DNA of 64,000 nucleotides from Candidatus Caldarchaeum sp. (GCA_038831915.1 JAWBKB010000005.1:26250-90249), one strand, 5' to 3'. Shown: positions 49,496 through 59,977, numbered from the stretch's first letter. Translations and numbers: made by a program. The notes: generated from the letters alone by a model not told the origin.

Positions 49496-51681
49496 GTTTT
49501 CTTCGGCCTCCTCGCATTGATTAACAGGACGGCTACTGCAGCCGCCAAAGCTACAATCGACAAGCCTAAGGCGATGTCGGTAACCATGTTTGTCGAAGAC
49601 ATGTTGATTTCCCGTTTCAGTCGTTCGGCGACTGCTTCGCTGATTTGCTCGGCGTCGACCGACTTGGGCATGTTGTTGGTTATTTGGTCGATTTTTCGGT
49701 TCATTTCCTCCCTGAGGGTTCTTATTTGTTCTTCGACTGTGTTGAATCCGAAGCTGGTGTAGTAGGTTGCTTCAGCTACGTTGCCGAGGACGTCGATGGC
49801 TCTTATGAGATGGGCTCCTTCCCCGGAAACAGGGACGTAGATAACGGCTGTAAACCTTCCAGCGGCGTCTGTCGGGAACGAAGAAACGACTACGCCGTCG
49901 AACTCGATGAAAACTTCCCGCTGCCTCGCCGCGAAGCCGTCGCCGACGATGGTGATGACTTGTCCCGCAGGGCCTTGAGGCGGGCTGATGAAAATGGTCG
50001 GTGACTTCACGGGTCTAAGTCTCGCGAACCCAATGTCTTGGTTGGGAGCGCCTCTGAACCCAGCCCGTGAATCAGTCCAAACCATGTAGACATCGGTGTT
50101 GGTCGCAGCGATTCCCCAATAGTCTCCGACGAAGACAGGTATTCCGTAGGCGGGGTTGGACGGATAATCGGTTACTCTCGAGTTTTCTAGGAATGTTTCG
50201 CCTCGGTCTCCGGAACGGGTGTAGTAGATGTGGTAGCGGTAGTTGTCGGGGTCGTCTCTCATGTCTCCCCATATGACGTGAATGGTGCCGTTCGGGGACA
50301 CGGTCATGGCTGGGAAAAATTGGTTGCGGCTTGTCAGGTCATCATTTATTCGTTTAGGTCTTGACCATGTGACGCCGCCGTCGGTTGACTTTGAGAAGTA
50401 GACGTCGGATAGGTCGCCGCGGTCTCTGCCCATGGCTCCGAAAACGATGTACACTTCGTTGCTGTTCTGCGGGTTGGCCGCTATGAATGGAAACATCGAC
50501 GCCCATGAACGGAAGTAGGTTGGGCTTAGGAAGAAAGGCTGTTCCCACGTGCCTCCAGGTATCACTGGCGAAGGCCTCGACCAAGTTCTTCCACCGTCAC
50601 GCGAGACAACGACCATCGGTGTGAAAAGCCCTTTGAAAGGACCGTCGTCAAGCGAATCATAGTAAGCGACGTAAACGGTTCCGTCGGGTGCGACGTGGAT
50701 GTTGCTTCCCTGCACGAGCCGTGCTTCTTCATCTCCCGCCAGCCCGCTGAAAATAGGGCTGACAGCCACCGGAGCCGTCCATGTCTCGCCTCCATCGACT
50801 GATTTGACGAGCTTAATGGAAACTTCAACCGTCGGCTCGGCAACGAATGGATAGAAGTCGAGGAACGGGTAGATTATGCGGAACTCTGTGTAGGTGACGT
50901 AGATGGCGTCGCGAGCTGGGTTGGCTCTGTCGGGGCCAACAGCCATCCATGGTTTGTCGAGGAAAAGGACGGCTGCGCGGTCGGCGGCGGGGATGACACG
51001 TCCACGGGCCGCTACGTAGGGATAGCTCCACGTCACGCCGCCGTCCTTTGAAACCGACACCGTGATGCTCGCCACCTCGGTTTCGTAGAGAAGACGGCCT
51101 ATGCGGAGAGGTCTCGTACCAATAGATAGAAGTGTGTAGTAAACGGTTCCGTCTCTTCCGAAAGCGACTACGGGGTCGCTGCAGAAACTGTCTTCGGGTC
51201 CGGGTGATGTCATGGACGGGCCTCGCCATGTTTCGCCGCCGTCGAAGCTGACGTAGGAGACGGCGCATGCAACGTCGAAGTCGTGTGAAGCCATGACGAC
51301 GTGGTCGGGGTTGTTGGGGTTGACGGCGATGTGCGGCTCGTTCTGATACGGCCTGTTGCCGATGTCAAATGTCACGATGACGTTTCGGCTGAATTTCGCG
51401 GTTGGGGAACGGTAGGGAATGTTGATGAGAGGCCCTTGGGGAGTAACGGCCTGCGTTTCAGCCGGAAGTGTGAATCCTTCAAATTCTCTTTCCTTGAATT
51501 CGGCGCCGACCCTGTACGCAGCTCCACCTGACAGTCTTTCACCTATGACTTGCGAAGAACGGAACACTTTAGCCGACAACTGTCTTTCCGCGAACTCTTC
51601 ACTCCATTCAGCCGATTCAACTACGGGAATCAGTAAAACTAACGCTAAAACAACTGCCACAAAAGCTACGGAAAAGTTCAT
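49492..51681 (-). CDS. Secreted BNR/Asp-box beta-propeller (sialidase-like) protein with C-terminal anchor
   Basis: Six S-x-D-x-G-x-T-W/F boxes, NEP, SDP, DKPW, GDY motifs, Ig-like domain, coiled coil and TM. Confidence 0.85.
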   Translation of the reverse strand: MNFSVAFVAVVLALVLLIPVVESAEWSEEFAERQLSAKVFRSSQVIGERLSGGAAYRVGAEFKEREFEGFTLPAETQAVTPQGPLINIPYRSPTAKFSRNVIVTFDIGNRPYQNEPHIAVNPNNPDHVVMASHDFDVACAVSYVSFDGGETWRGPSMTSPGPEDSFCSDPVVAFGRDGTVYYTLLSIGTRPLRIGRLLYETEVASITVSVSKDGGVTWSYPYVAARGRVIPAADRAAVLFLDKPWMAVGPDRANPARDAIYVTYTEFRIIYPFLDFYPFVAEPTVEVSIKLVKSVDGGETWTAPVAVSPIFSGLAGDEEARLVQGSNIHVAPDGTVYVAYYDSLDDGPFKGLFTPMVVVSRDGGRTWSRPSPVIPGGTWEQPFFLSPTYFRSWASMFPFIAANPQNSNEVYIVFGAMGRDRGDLSDVYFSKSTDGGVTWSRPKRINDDLTSRNQFFPAMTVSPNGTIHVIWGDMRDDPDNYRYHIYYTRSGDRGETFLENSRVTDYPSNPAYGIPVFVGDYWGIAATNTDVYMVWTDSRAGFRGAPNQDIGFARLRPVKSPTIFISPPQGPAGQVITIVGDGFAARQREVFIEFDGVVVSSFPTDAAGRFTAVIYVPVSGEGAHLIRAIDVLGNVAEATYYTSFGFNTVEEQIRTLREEMNRKIDQITNNMPKSVDAEQISEAVAERLKREINMSSTNMVTDIALGLSIVALAAAVAVLLINARRPKKT

Positions 51682-51763
51682 GGCAAACCATTAAAGGGAA
51701 AACCAATAAAGCTTTTCCTATGTCCAGAGCAACGCTTAAACGGTCTTATGTCATGACAAAGCT

Positions 51764-52447
51764 ATGATTTTCGGCGTGAAAACAGGTGTTCTCCTGCTGT
51801 TGACGCTCATAATAGTCGTTCCTATACATGCTGAAGAACCTGTTCCTGGAACAGGGTTCAGCTCCGCGTTGGAGCTTACTCCCGGAACCTATTCGTTCTA
51901 CCTCGAGCTGGGTGAAATACACTACTTCAAAGTAAATCTTGAGGCCGGCGACATCCTATCCGTGAAAATTCGCATGCCCTTCAACCAAGACTTCGACCTG
52001 TATCTTTTCAACCCCTTACGTGAAATCGTTGCTCAGAGTGTTCGCGCCGCGGGTCTGACCGATGCTGTCGAGCTCATCGTTTCGGAAACCGGTTTCCACT
52101 ATGTGGTTGTGGTTGGATTCGGAGGGGCGAGGGGTGTTTATTCGCTGACTTTATTTGTTCAGAAGCCGAAAACAGTTACGCAGACCGTCACGCAAACTGT
52201 TACGGAGAGAATTACCAACACGGCGACCGTTCAGGTCTTCATGACGAACACGGTTGTTTCGGAGAAGGTGGTCACCGTGGTTGACAGGGAAATCGTCGAA
52301 ATCGAAAGGATACCGTGGACGGCGTTGGGTCTCGCCGCTGTCTCTGCCACTCTTCTCTACATGGGATACGCCGCGTCAAACACAATAAAACAGTTTGCGA
52401 AACGTGAAGAAACTCCACCGACGAAGACCGAACCAACGAATCAGTAG
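51764..52447 (+). CDS. Secreted PPC-domain protein with C-terminal TM
   Basis: Signal peptide, HYFKV, DFDLYLFNP, GVYSL, TVTQTVT linker. Confidence 0.75.
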   Translation: MIFGVKTGVLLLLTLIIVVPIHAEEPVPGTGFSSALELTPGTYSFYLELGEIHYFKVNLEAGDILSVKIRMPFNQDFDLYLFNPLREIVAQSVRAAGLTDAVELIVSETGFHYVVVVGFGGARGVYSLTLFVQKPKTVTQTVTQTVTERITNTATVQVFMTNTVVSEKVVTVVDREIVEIERIPWTALGLAAVSATLLYMGYAASNTIKQFAKREETPPTKTEPTNQ

Positions 52448-53409
52448 AGATGACACGCGACGTAACGGCCTTTTTTTACTTCTCTTAGAAATGGTTCTTC
52501 AGAAATGCATTGGCTAAAGGCTTTGGGACATCGTGGATGAAACCTACATCCCGGCGGAATGTTTTGAGGTGACGGCGGCTCGCCTTTAATCGCGAGCCTT
52601 TCGACAAATCTGTTGGCCGGATTCGGTTCGGGAATAGAGGCGATCAATCCCTGCGTGTATGGGTGCAGAGGCTCGGACAAAACTTCGTCAACCAAACCTG
52701 TTTCGACGATTTTGCCGAGATACATGACGGCGATCTTGTCGCTGAAATAACGTGTGGTGGCGAGGTCGTGAGAAATGTAGAGAAAAGCGATGTTGTGCTG
52801 TGTTTGAAGATTTTTGAGAACATCGAGCACTTCTGCGCGGCTTGATGCATCTATCATGGATATAGGCTCGTCGGCGACTATGTAGCGGGGTTTAAGAACG
52901 ATGGCCCGTGCGATGGCTACGCGTTGTCTCATACCTCCTGAAAGAAGATGTGGATGTTTGGACGCGATTTCCTCTGGCGGTGTTAAACGGACTTCTTCTA
53001 GAGCTTTGTAAACCATTTCGGTTCGCTGTTGCTTGTCTTCAACTCCGTGAGTTAGTAGAGGTTCTTCAACTGTTTCGCCGACCGTCAGGTAAGGGTTGAT
53101 GCTGGAATACGGGTCCTGGAAGATCATCCGCGTTTCTTTTCTCAGGTTTTTGAGCTTTTTTTCAGGCAACTTGGTTACGTCTACGCCGTCGTAGGTCACG
53201 CGTCCGGTTGTGGGTTTGAGAAGCCTGACGCTGATTTTTCCAACCGTTGTTTTGCCGCTCCCTGATTCGCCGACCAAAGCCATCGCCTCTCCTTCATGAA
53301 TGACAAGGTCAACACCGTCGACAGCCCGAACCGACAAAAACCCGAGAAACCCCTTCCTAACCCTGTAAACCATCGAAACATCCCCGAGAACCACCAGCGG
53401 CCCAGCCAT
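52441..53409 (-). CDS. Peptide ABC transporter ATPase (DppF-like)
   Basis: GESGSGKTT, IFQDP, LSGGMRQR, HPYT, GCRFHPRC; ATG 53409. Confidence 0.92.
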   Translation of the reverse strand: MAGPLVVLGDVSMVYRVRKGFLGFLSVRAVDGVDLVIHEGEAMALVGESGSGKTTVGKISVRLLKPTTGRVTYDGVDVTKLPEKKLKNLRKETRMIFQDPYSSINPYLTVGETVEEPLLTHGVEDKQQRTEMVYKALEEVRLTPPEEIASKHPHLLSGGMRQRVAIARAIVLKPRYIVADEPISMIDASSRAEVLDVLKNLQTQHNIAFLYISHDLATTRYFSDKIAVMYLGKIVETGLVDEVLSEPLHPYTQGLIASIPEPNPANRFVERLAIKGEPPSPQNIPPGCRFHPRCPKAFSQCISEEPFLREVKKGRYVACHLY

Positions 53410-53496
53410 CAACCCTTCCCACATAACACGCCATATAAAACCAACACGGAAACAACTGCAACGCTCAAATACACTGATGAAGAACATGATGAAAGA

Positions 53497-54894
53497 TTGG
53501 CGTGGGAAAGCAGCTGGCGTGTCTTCTGGTCGTCAAACACAGCTAAAATCGGCGTGCTGTTACTCGTTTTTCTCGTCTCAGTTTCGGTTTATGTTATTTT
53601 CTCTTATCCGCTTGACTTCGGAACACGGTATTGGAACAACCCTTCATACTGGGCCGATAACCCTAAGGAAGCGTCGCCCGAATGGACAAACCTCTTCACA
53701 CCAAACCCGCAGCCATCACACAAAACCATAACGCTGACAAACATACGCGACGAAGCCCGGCAACAGTTCAGCTACAGGTTTCAGGAATTTCCAAGCTTCG
53801 TCTCCATAACGGTGCGCGACGTAACATTCAGCGAAAGACCGCCAACCATTTTGTTCGAGCTGTTCAGACCTGACGGAAGCCGCGTAACCTTCTACGGGTT
53901 GACTGTTTCGCCTCCCGTTCCCGGGGAAAGACCGCCGTTTAGAAGATATTTCGAAACACCGTTACGCGTTTACCTGAGCGGAGACATTCAGGCAAGCCAG
54001 GTTCTCAGCCGTTTCATCGAAACCGAATACGGGTTCTATGTGTCTGCGGATGAATTGCTAAGGCTTGGAGTTGAGAAAGCTTTGTTTGGTGTTCCGTCGC
54101 CTGAAGGTTTCCGTCCTCTAGAAGGTGAATATGTTTTCGAAATTCGCGTTGTGAGAACAAATGTCGAAGATGTTGTCGGCGGTGTTTCGCTTGTGGTTGG
54201 CGGAAAAGTGTATGGATGGTTTGGAACGGACAGGCTTGGACGCGACCTCGCCACAGGCCTTCTCTTCGGTTTTCCCGTCGCCCTGCTAATCGGAGTAGTC
54301 ACAGCTGTTCTAACCACGTCAATCGGCGCCTCAATCGGCATGATAAGCGGATACCAGGGCGGAAAGATTGATGAAATCATTCAGCGAATATGCGACGTTC
54401 TCAACAACATTCCGCTTCTACCGCTTCTGATTTTTCTCACGTTCGTGCTCAAGCCGAGCATTTGGGTCATAGTGTTGATTCTCGTGGCTTTCGGCTGGTC
54501 GGGGCTCGCCATCATCGTTCGCTCTATCGTGCTACAGGCCAAAACAGCTCAATTTGTTGAAGCCGCTGAATCAATCGGCGTCCGCAAAACACGAATCTTG
54601 TTCAAACACATCCTACCGCAGATAGCTCCGTTCATCATTTCGCAGATGATTTTCTCAACGCCTTCCGCGATTCTCGCCGAAGCGGCGTTAAGCTTCCTCG
54701 GGCTCGGAGACCCCTCTCTTCCCAGCTGGGGCCAAATCCTCGAATACGCGTTTCGAAGCGGCGGCGTAAACCTCGGCCTCTGGTGGTGGATTTTCCCACC
54801 GGGAGCCTTGATTGCGTTGACATCTTTCACGTTTGTTCTGCTGTCGCTTGGAATGGAGCCCGTGGTCAGCCCGCGGCTACGGAGGATGACTTGA
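53497..54894 (+). CDS. Peptide ABC transporter permease (DppC-like) with large extracellular insert
   Basis: FGTDRLGRD, FVEAAESIG, KHILP, AEAALSFLGLG, WWWIFPPG; likely TTG start at 53497. Confidence 0.9.
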   Translation: MAWESSWRVFWSSNTAKIGVLLLVFLVSVSVYVIFSYPLDFGTRYWNNPSYWADNPKEASPEWTNLFTPNPQPSHKTITLTNIRDEARQQFSYRFQEFPSFVSITVRDVTFSERPPTILFELFRPDGSRVTFYGLTVSPPVPGERPPFRRYFETPLRVYLSGDIQASQVLSRFIETEYGFYVSADELLRLGVEKALFGVPSPEGFRPLEGEYVFEIRVVRTNVEDVVGGVSLVVGGKVYGWFGTDRLGRDLATGLLFGFPVALLIGVVTAVLTTSIGASIGMISGYQGGKIDEIIQRICDVLNNIPLLPLLIFLTFVLKPSIWVIVLILVAFGWSGLAIIVRSIVLQAKTAQFVEAAESIGVRKTRILFKHILPQIAPFIISQMIFSTPSAILAEAALSFLGLGDPSLPSWGQILEYAFRSGGVNLGLWWWIFPPGALIALTSFTFVLLSLGMEPVVSPRLRRMT

Positions 54895-55848
54895 TTGCTG
54901 GAAGTCGAGGAGCTCAAACTCTACTACGGCATGAAGGGAAACATCGTCAGAGCTGTTGACGGTGTTTCGTTCAAAGTCGGGGACGGCGAAACGCTCGGCC
55001 TCGTAGGTGAATCGGGATGCGGCAAAACCAGCACAGGCCTCGCCTTGATGAGAATGCTGCCAGGCAACGTTGTTCATTTCAGCGGCCGCATAGTCCTTGA
55101 CGGCGTTGAAATATCATCCATGGACTATCAGAGGTTTGTTTCCGAGATAAGGTGGAGGAAAGTTTCGATGGTTTTTCAGGGAGCGATGAACAGCTTCAAC
55201 CCCGTGCTGAAAATCGGCGTTCAAGTCGCCGAACCACTCGTCGTCAAAGCAAACATGAAACTGGAAGAGGCTTTGAAAACTGTGAAGAAACTTTTCACGG
55301 CGGTTGGTCTCCCCGAGGAAACTGTTCACAGATATCCGCACGAGCTCAGCGGCGGAATGAAGCAAAGAGTCATGATAGCCATGGCTCTGGTCCTCGACCC
55401 ACGCTTGATAATTCTCGACGAACCGACATCTGCCCTTGACGTTTCAGTCCAGACACAGGTAATCAACCTGCTCAAAAGACTCAAAAAAGAACTCAACCTC
55501 TCCATGATATTCATCACGCATGACCTTGCACTTGTCAGCGATATCGCGGACAGCATCGCCGTAATGTATGCGGGCCAAGTTGTTGAATTCGGCGAAAGTG
55601 ACACCGTGTTCGTCAACCCGCTTCATCCATACACCCAGAAACTCATCAAGGCTATTCCACGGATAACCGGGCCCAAAACTCTCGAATACATTCCCGGCAT
55701 GCCGCCGAACCTTGCAAATCCTCCGCCAGGCTGCCGTTTCCATCCCCGATGCCCCTACGTGTTCGAAAGATGCAGGACATCGGAGCCGCCCACGGTGAAA
55801 CTACCCAACTCGATGGCGAAATGCTGGCTTTACGCCGATACAGATTAA
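54895..55848 (+). CDS. Peptide ABC transporter ATPase (DppD-like)
   Basis: GESGCGKT, VFQGAMNSFNP, YPHELSGGMKQR, GCRFHPRCP. Confidence 0.93.
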   Translation: MLEVEELKLYYGMKGNIVRAVDGVSFKVGDGETLGLVGESGCGKTSTGLALMRMLPGNVVHFSGRIVLDGVEISSMDYQRFVSEIRWRKVSMVFQGAMNSFNPVLKIGVQVAEPLVVKANMKLEEALKTVKKLFTAVGLPEETVHRYPHELSGGMKQRVMIAMALVLDPRLIILDEPTSALDVSVQTQVINLLKRLKKELNLSMIFITHDLALVSDIADSIAVMYAGQVVEFGESDTVFVNPLHPYTQKLIKAIPRITGPKTLEYIPGMPPNLANPPPGCRFHPRCPYVFERCRTSEPPTVKLPNSMAKCWLYADTD

Positions 55849-55854
55849 TACCGC

Positions 55855-57165
55855 ATGAGGCAAAACGAGCTTGAGAAACGTTTGGCTTCAGCCGACCAAA
55901 TACCTGATTTCCTCAAAATTCCAAAATCGCTTCAGGAAAAATTTTTCGCCGCAGCCCTGGAAGAAGCCAACTCATTAATCGGCGAAATATCGCAACTTTC
56001 TCAAGTGAAGCAAAACATACTGAACGAACTGTCCCAAGGTATTTCGGTATTTGACGCCGATAAAATCGACTGGCAAAACATGCTTGTCGCCGTCGTCGAC
56101 GGCTCCGATGTCCCCGCTTTAGACGACCGAATAGGCCTCCGCTATGGTCTTTACGCTGTTGCGTACAAGCTTTTCCGCGGAATCGATGTCGTCGAAAACG
56201 GTGAAGGATATTTCGGAGACAGGCTTCCTGGAAAAATCAGCATGCATCGGGAAACTTTTCTCAAAAACCTCGACCTCGTCACCACCTACTACGAAAGGTT
56301 TGTGGCGAATGAATTGCTGAAAACGGTTCAGCCTGACATGGTTATGGTTGACGGCAGCTTCTTCGGATACCGCGCCGGCTGCAGCATAGTTAAGAAGGAA
56401 AGCATCATGTGGACCGACCCGCTAACGGAGAAGAAATTCGAAACCGTGTATGAGCTGATTGATGAAATTAACCGGCTGACTATGGTGCTTGTGGAAAGCG
56501 GTAAAGCATTCGGAGTTATCAAAAGGCTTCCAACATCGGCCATCGACGGCTACCTGTTGTTGAAATACGGGGTTGACAGGGGATTGGAGCTGAGCGACCG
56601 CTCGATACTATCCCTAGTGATGAAGCAGGGCGAAGTCTTTGACTACGAGAAAATTTTCGGTCCAGACCTGAAGTATGATGTTTTGACGATGTTCAGAACA
56701 AGTGTCCGCGACAAATCGATGGCGAATAAACCCGTTTCTGAAATTTTGAAAAACGCTGAACGCCGTGTAAAAGTCCAACTGGTAGCAGACCTTACTGATT
56801 GGACGATTCAAAGAGGTCAGACTTGGCGGCATTACATCGAAAAACCCGTGATTCAGGCTGTGCGGTCTACGAAACGCTATTTCCTGAAGACCGTGGAAGA
56901 TTTACCTCCTGTTTGTGTTGAATTTTCCGAGAAAAGTTCGCGCGATTTTGTCGAAAAGGCGTTAGCGTATGTTTTTAAGACCGCGAACCCGGCGACGGGT
57001 CTTCCGCTGGCGTTAGACGTGGTGGATGAACTTGTTTCACTGCCTCGTGGAATCGGAAAAGAATTCATCAACGAAATCGAAGCCGAGCTTCTACGACGCG
57101 GGATGAGCAAACAGAGTCTTCTCGCGGTTTTCAACAGGTATAACCCGCAGAAAGACGAGCCATGA
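55855..57165 (+). CDS. NurA-family nuclease
   Basis: VAVVDGS, MVMVDGS, GVIKR, DRSIL, GLPLALDVVDELV. Confidence 0.8.
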   Translation: MRQNELEKRLASADQIPDFLKIPKSLQEKFFAAALEEANSLIGEISQLSQVKQNILNELSQGISVFDADKIDWQNMLVAVVDGSDVPALDDRIGLRYGLYAVAYKLFRGIDVVENGEGYFGDRLPGKISMHRETFLKNLDLVTTYYERFVANELLKTVQPDMVMVDGSFFGYRAGCSIVKKESIMWTDPLTEKKFETVYELIDEINRLTMVLVESGKAFGVIKRLPTSAIDGYLLLKYGVDRGLELSDRSILSLVMKQGEVFDYEKIFGPDLKYDVLTMFRTSVRDKSMANKPVSEILKNAERRVKVQLVADLTDWTIQRGQTWRHYIEKPVIQAVRSTKRYFLKTVEDLPPVCVEFSEKSSRDFVEKALAYVFKTANPATGLPLALDVVDELVSLPRGIGKEFINEIEAELLRRGMSKQSLLAVFNRYNPQKDEP

Positions 57166-58085
57166 CAGCTTTTCTCGACATATTAGCCAGCGTCGTGTTT
57201 CTGATTGTTTCGACAATATTGTTTGTTGACGGTGTTGAAGTTGTTTCTTACCGGCTGGGCTTAACACGGTTCGCGACTGGTGCTTTTTTAGCAGCTGTTT
57301 TGACGGCGCTGCCTGAAACAACCATCGCCATCGCATCTTACTTCTACAACGATTCGGAAGCAACGTTGGTGGGTATGGGAAGTGTGCTCGCTGCTCCGTC
57401 GATAACCCTCCTTTTCGCCGCCCCGTTGATTGCGATTTTCCTCAAAAAACACGGTTCCCGCAAACATGTCGCGTTCAACTACATGGTCTTCGCGGTTTAC
57501 ATGACCGTGGCGGTTTTGGTTTCGAACGTCAGCTTCACAGGCGCCCGGTTAATTCTCGGACCTTTCTTCATCATCTCCTACCTTGTGTTTGCAAGGCTGA
57601 TTCTGTCCAGAGAAGGCGAATTAATGGAGGAGAAGGAAAGATCGTTTTGCGAGCGTCTGGTGAAGAGGAAAGGCAACCTATTCGCGGTGTTGCAGATGTT
57701 TGTTTCAGCGATGGGTCTCGCAGTTGGAGCCGACCTATTCATCGACGGTGCTTCAGCATATTCAAGTCCTTTCACGCTGGCCTTACTGGTTTCGCCTCTC
57801 GCAACATGTCTAGAAGAAGTGTTGGTTGCGTTCTACTGGACGTTTAGACAGAAAGCCGACGTCGCGATAGGTCTCCTTTCAGGCGAAAACCTCATCCAGT
57901 CAACTTTCGTAGTCGGCGTCGGCATGATTTTCACGGGTTGGAATCTGCCTGCAGCGGCTAACACCGTGCTCGCCGTGTATCTATCGGCCGCCGTTCTACT
58001 TTCACTCTTCTTTTTCATGAACAGAAGCAAAGCAGCGTCCCTGGTGATCTTGCTCTATCCGGTCTATATTTTCGCCGCTCACTGA
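57162..58085 (+). CDS. Sodium/calcium exchanger (CaCA) family membrane protein
   Basis: Two alpha-repeat-like motifs (TALPE, ATCLEE..GEN) and about 10 TMs. Confidence 0.75.
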   Translation: MTAFLDILASVVFLIVSTILFVDGVEVVSYRLGLTRFATGAFLAAVLTALPETTIAIASYFYNDSEATLVGMGSVLAAPSITLLFAAPLIAIFLKKHGSRKHVAFNYMVFAVYMTVAVLVSNVSFTGARLILGPFFIISYLVFARLILSREGELMEEKERSFCERLVKRKGNLFAVLQMFVSAMGLAVGADLFIDGASAYSSPFTLALLVSPLATCLEEVLVAFYWTFRQKADVAIGLLSGENLIQSTFVVGVGMIFTGWNLPAAANTVLAVYLSAAVLLSLFFFMNRSKAASLVILLYPVYIFAAH

Positions 58086-59977
58086 ACTGTTTTCCTCACT
58101 TCAGCGATTTTCTTGACTATCATGTCGTAGAGAGTGGCTCCGTCGATTTTCCCACGGTATTTCTTCATCAACTCACCCATTAATTTGTTCGCTAGTCTTC
58201 TATCGTCGGTTTCGGAACTCATTTTCCGCGTCAAGGCCTCCACCTCGACCTCCAGCTCTTTCACCGAGACACGGCCCAGCCCAAGCTGTTCCACAGCTTC
58301 CTCAACAGATGATTCAGGGTTTTTACTCACCCATCCTAGAACATCGGGAAGAGCTTCTTTCGAAAACATTTTCCCGTCAAGTGCTTTGAAGATTTGGCTA
58401 AGTCTATCATCGGTTAAGTTTTGCACGGGAAAGCCTTCACGTTTGATGTTTGTGATTGTCTCGGTGATTGTCGACGCCACAACAGACGCAGGGAGCGATG
58501 TTTCCTTCATGATTTGCATGAAAAGTTCTTCTTTCTCTTGGTCGATGAGGGCTTCGACAAGCTGTTTGCTGATGCCGTAGGTTTTGGCGAGTTTTTCCGC
58601 GGTTTGGTCAAGGGTTTCGGGTAGGTTTTCGCGGAGCTTTTCAAGGAGCTGGCTGCTCACAGGCACCGGTGGAATGTCTGTTTCGGGATACATTCGTGCC
58701 GCGCCGGGTCTCGGCCGCATGTAAACAGTCAACCCATCAGGCCTGGCTGCCCGTGTTTCGCTCGGCACACCTTCAAAGGCTTGAACAGCTCTTTCATAAA
58801 CCGCCAGCAAAGCGTCCACAGCTCTTTCCGGCTCATCTACAACCATAACCACCGCGTCCATTTCACCGGCGTTTACTGCTTTCCTCAGATTTCCCACTTC
58901 TTCAGCGGTTATCCCGTAGCCCGGCAACTCATCCGTGTGAAGAATTCCATCAACCTCAGCCCATGCTTTCGCGTAGCCCGCCAACTCCGCACCAAGCCGA
59001 ATCCCCTTAAACTTCTCCAAAGATAAAAGACCCGCAAAACACGGAAGATTGACTGCGAATACTTTTCCGCCAGCATCGAGTTTCTTTCTGACGAGGCTTG
59101 ATTTCGAATTCTTGAACACGTCGGTGACGTCGACCGGGTTAAACGGTGGAAGACTTTTGCCGTTGAGTCTGCTACGCAGTTCTTCAGCGATTTCTAGGAG
59201 ATGAAGCTGTCGTTTCACCTCGTTTTCCACCACGACCGAAATCAACTCAAGCTCTTGGACGCCTTTAATCTCGGTCAACGCGCCGCCCTTAATAGAGACG
59301 TTCAAATCCTGCCGAACCGTTCCAAGCCCACGCTTCACCTTCCTACTCGCTCGGAGAATTTTTCCAATCGTGTAAGCAACTTTCACCGCTTCTTCCGGCG
59401 AATAAATCACCGGGGCGGTCGAAATTTCTATCAACGGAACACCGAGACGAGACAAATCATATTCCACTGTTCCCCGGCTGGTTGAAATGATGCGGGCCGC
59501 GTCTTCTTCCACGGTTATAGTTTGTATCGGGATTTTCTTGCCGTTAACAACTATTTCGCCGCCCAAAGCCACGATGCATGTTCTCTGAAAACCTGATGTG
59601 TTTGAGCCGTCGATGACGATTTTCCGCATGACGTGGATTTCGTCGACCGGAGTAGAGTTGAACAGCAACGCTATGGTCAACGCCGTTTCGACAGCTTCAG
59701 GATTCAGCTCATGAGGAGGCTCCTCATCCATTTCGACAAGACAAACGTTGGACGGATTAACATGATAGATGATTTTCTTTCGTTTTTTGGATTCGAACAT
59801 CGCTGCTGGGTCGACTTTGCCGAGCTCGCTCTGTGCTTCGCGGAGATAACGTGTAATTTTGATTGTTGTGGCGTCTGGGGAGGGCTCTGTGGGGCAGTCG
59901 CAGAAAAGTTTGTGACGCGTGTCGAGCTGGCGGTGGACTTCGACGCCCACCTTTAGCCCGAGTTTTTCATAATCCAT
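58079..59977 (-). CDS. gatE: Glu-tRNA(Gln) amidotransferase subunit E
   Basis: GLKVGVEVHRQL, KLFC, DEEPPH, MRKIVIDGSNTSGFQRT, RMYPETD; ATG 59977 preceded by GGTGA. Confidence 0.96.
   Translation of the reverse strand: MDYEKLGLKVGVEVHRQLDTRHKLFCDCPTEPSPDATTIKITRYLREAQSELGKVDPAAMFESKKRKKIIYHVNPSNVCLVEMDEEPPHELNPEAVETALTIALLFNSTPVDEIHVMRKIVIDGSNTSGFQRTCIVALGGEIVVNGKKIPIQTITVEEDAARIISTSRGTVEYDLSRLGVPLIEISTAPVIYSPEEAVKVAYTIGKILRASRKVKRGLGTVRQDLNVSIKGGALTEIKGVQELELISVVVENEVKRQLHLLEIAEELRSRLNGKSLPPFNPVDVTDVFKNSKSSLVRKKLDAGGKVFAVNLPCFAGLLSLEKFKGIRLGAELAGYAKAWAEVDGILHTDELPGYGITAEEVGNLRKAVNAGEMDAVVMVVDEPERAVDALLAVYERAVQAFEGVPSETRAARPDGLTVYMRPRPGAARMYPETDIPPVPVSSQLLEKLRENLPETLDQTAEKLAKTYGISKQLVEALIDQEKEELFMQIMKETSLPASVVASTITETITNIKREGFPVQNLTDDRLSQIFKALDGKMFSKEALPDVLGWVSKNPESSVEEAVEQLGLGRVSVKELEVEVEALTRKMSSETDDRRLANKLMGELMKKYRGKIDGATLYDMIVKKIAEVRKTVQ

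Noticed and set aside
53474-53496. CTGATGA...ATGATGA resembling C/D-box sRNA motifs
   Set aside because: No correctly spaced downstream CTGA D boxes; the site is in the divergent dppF/dppC promoter region.
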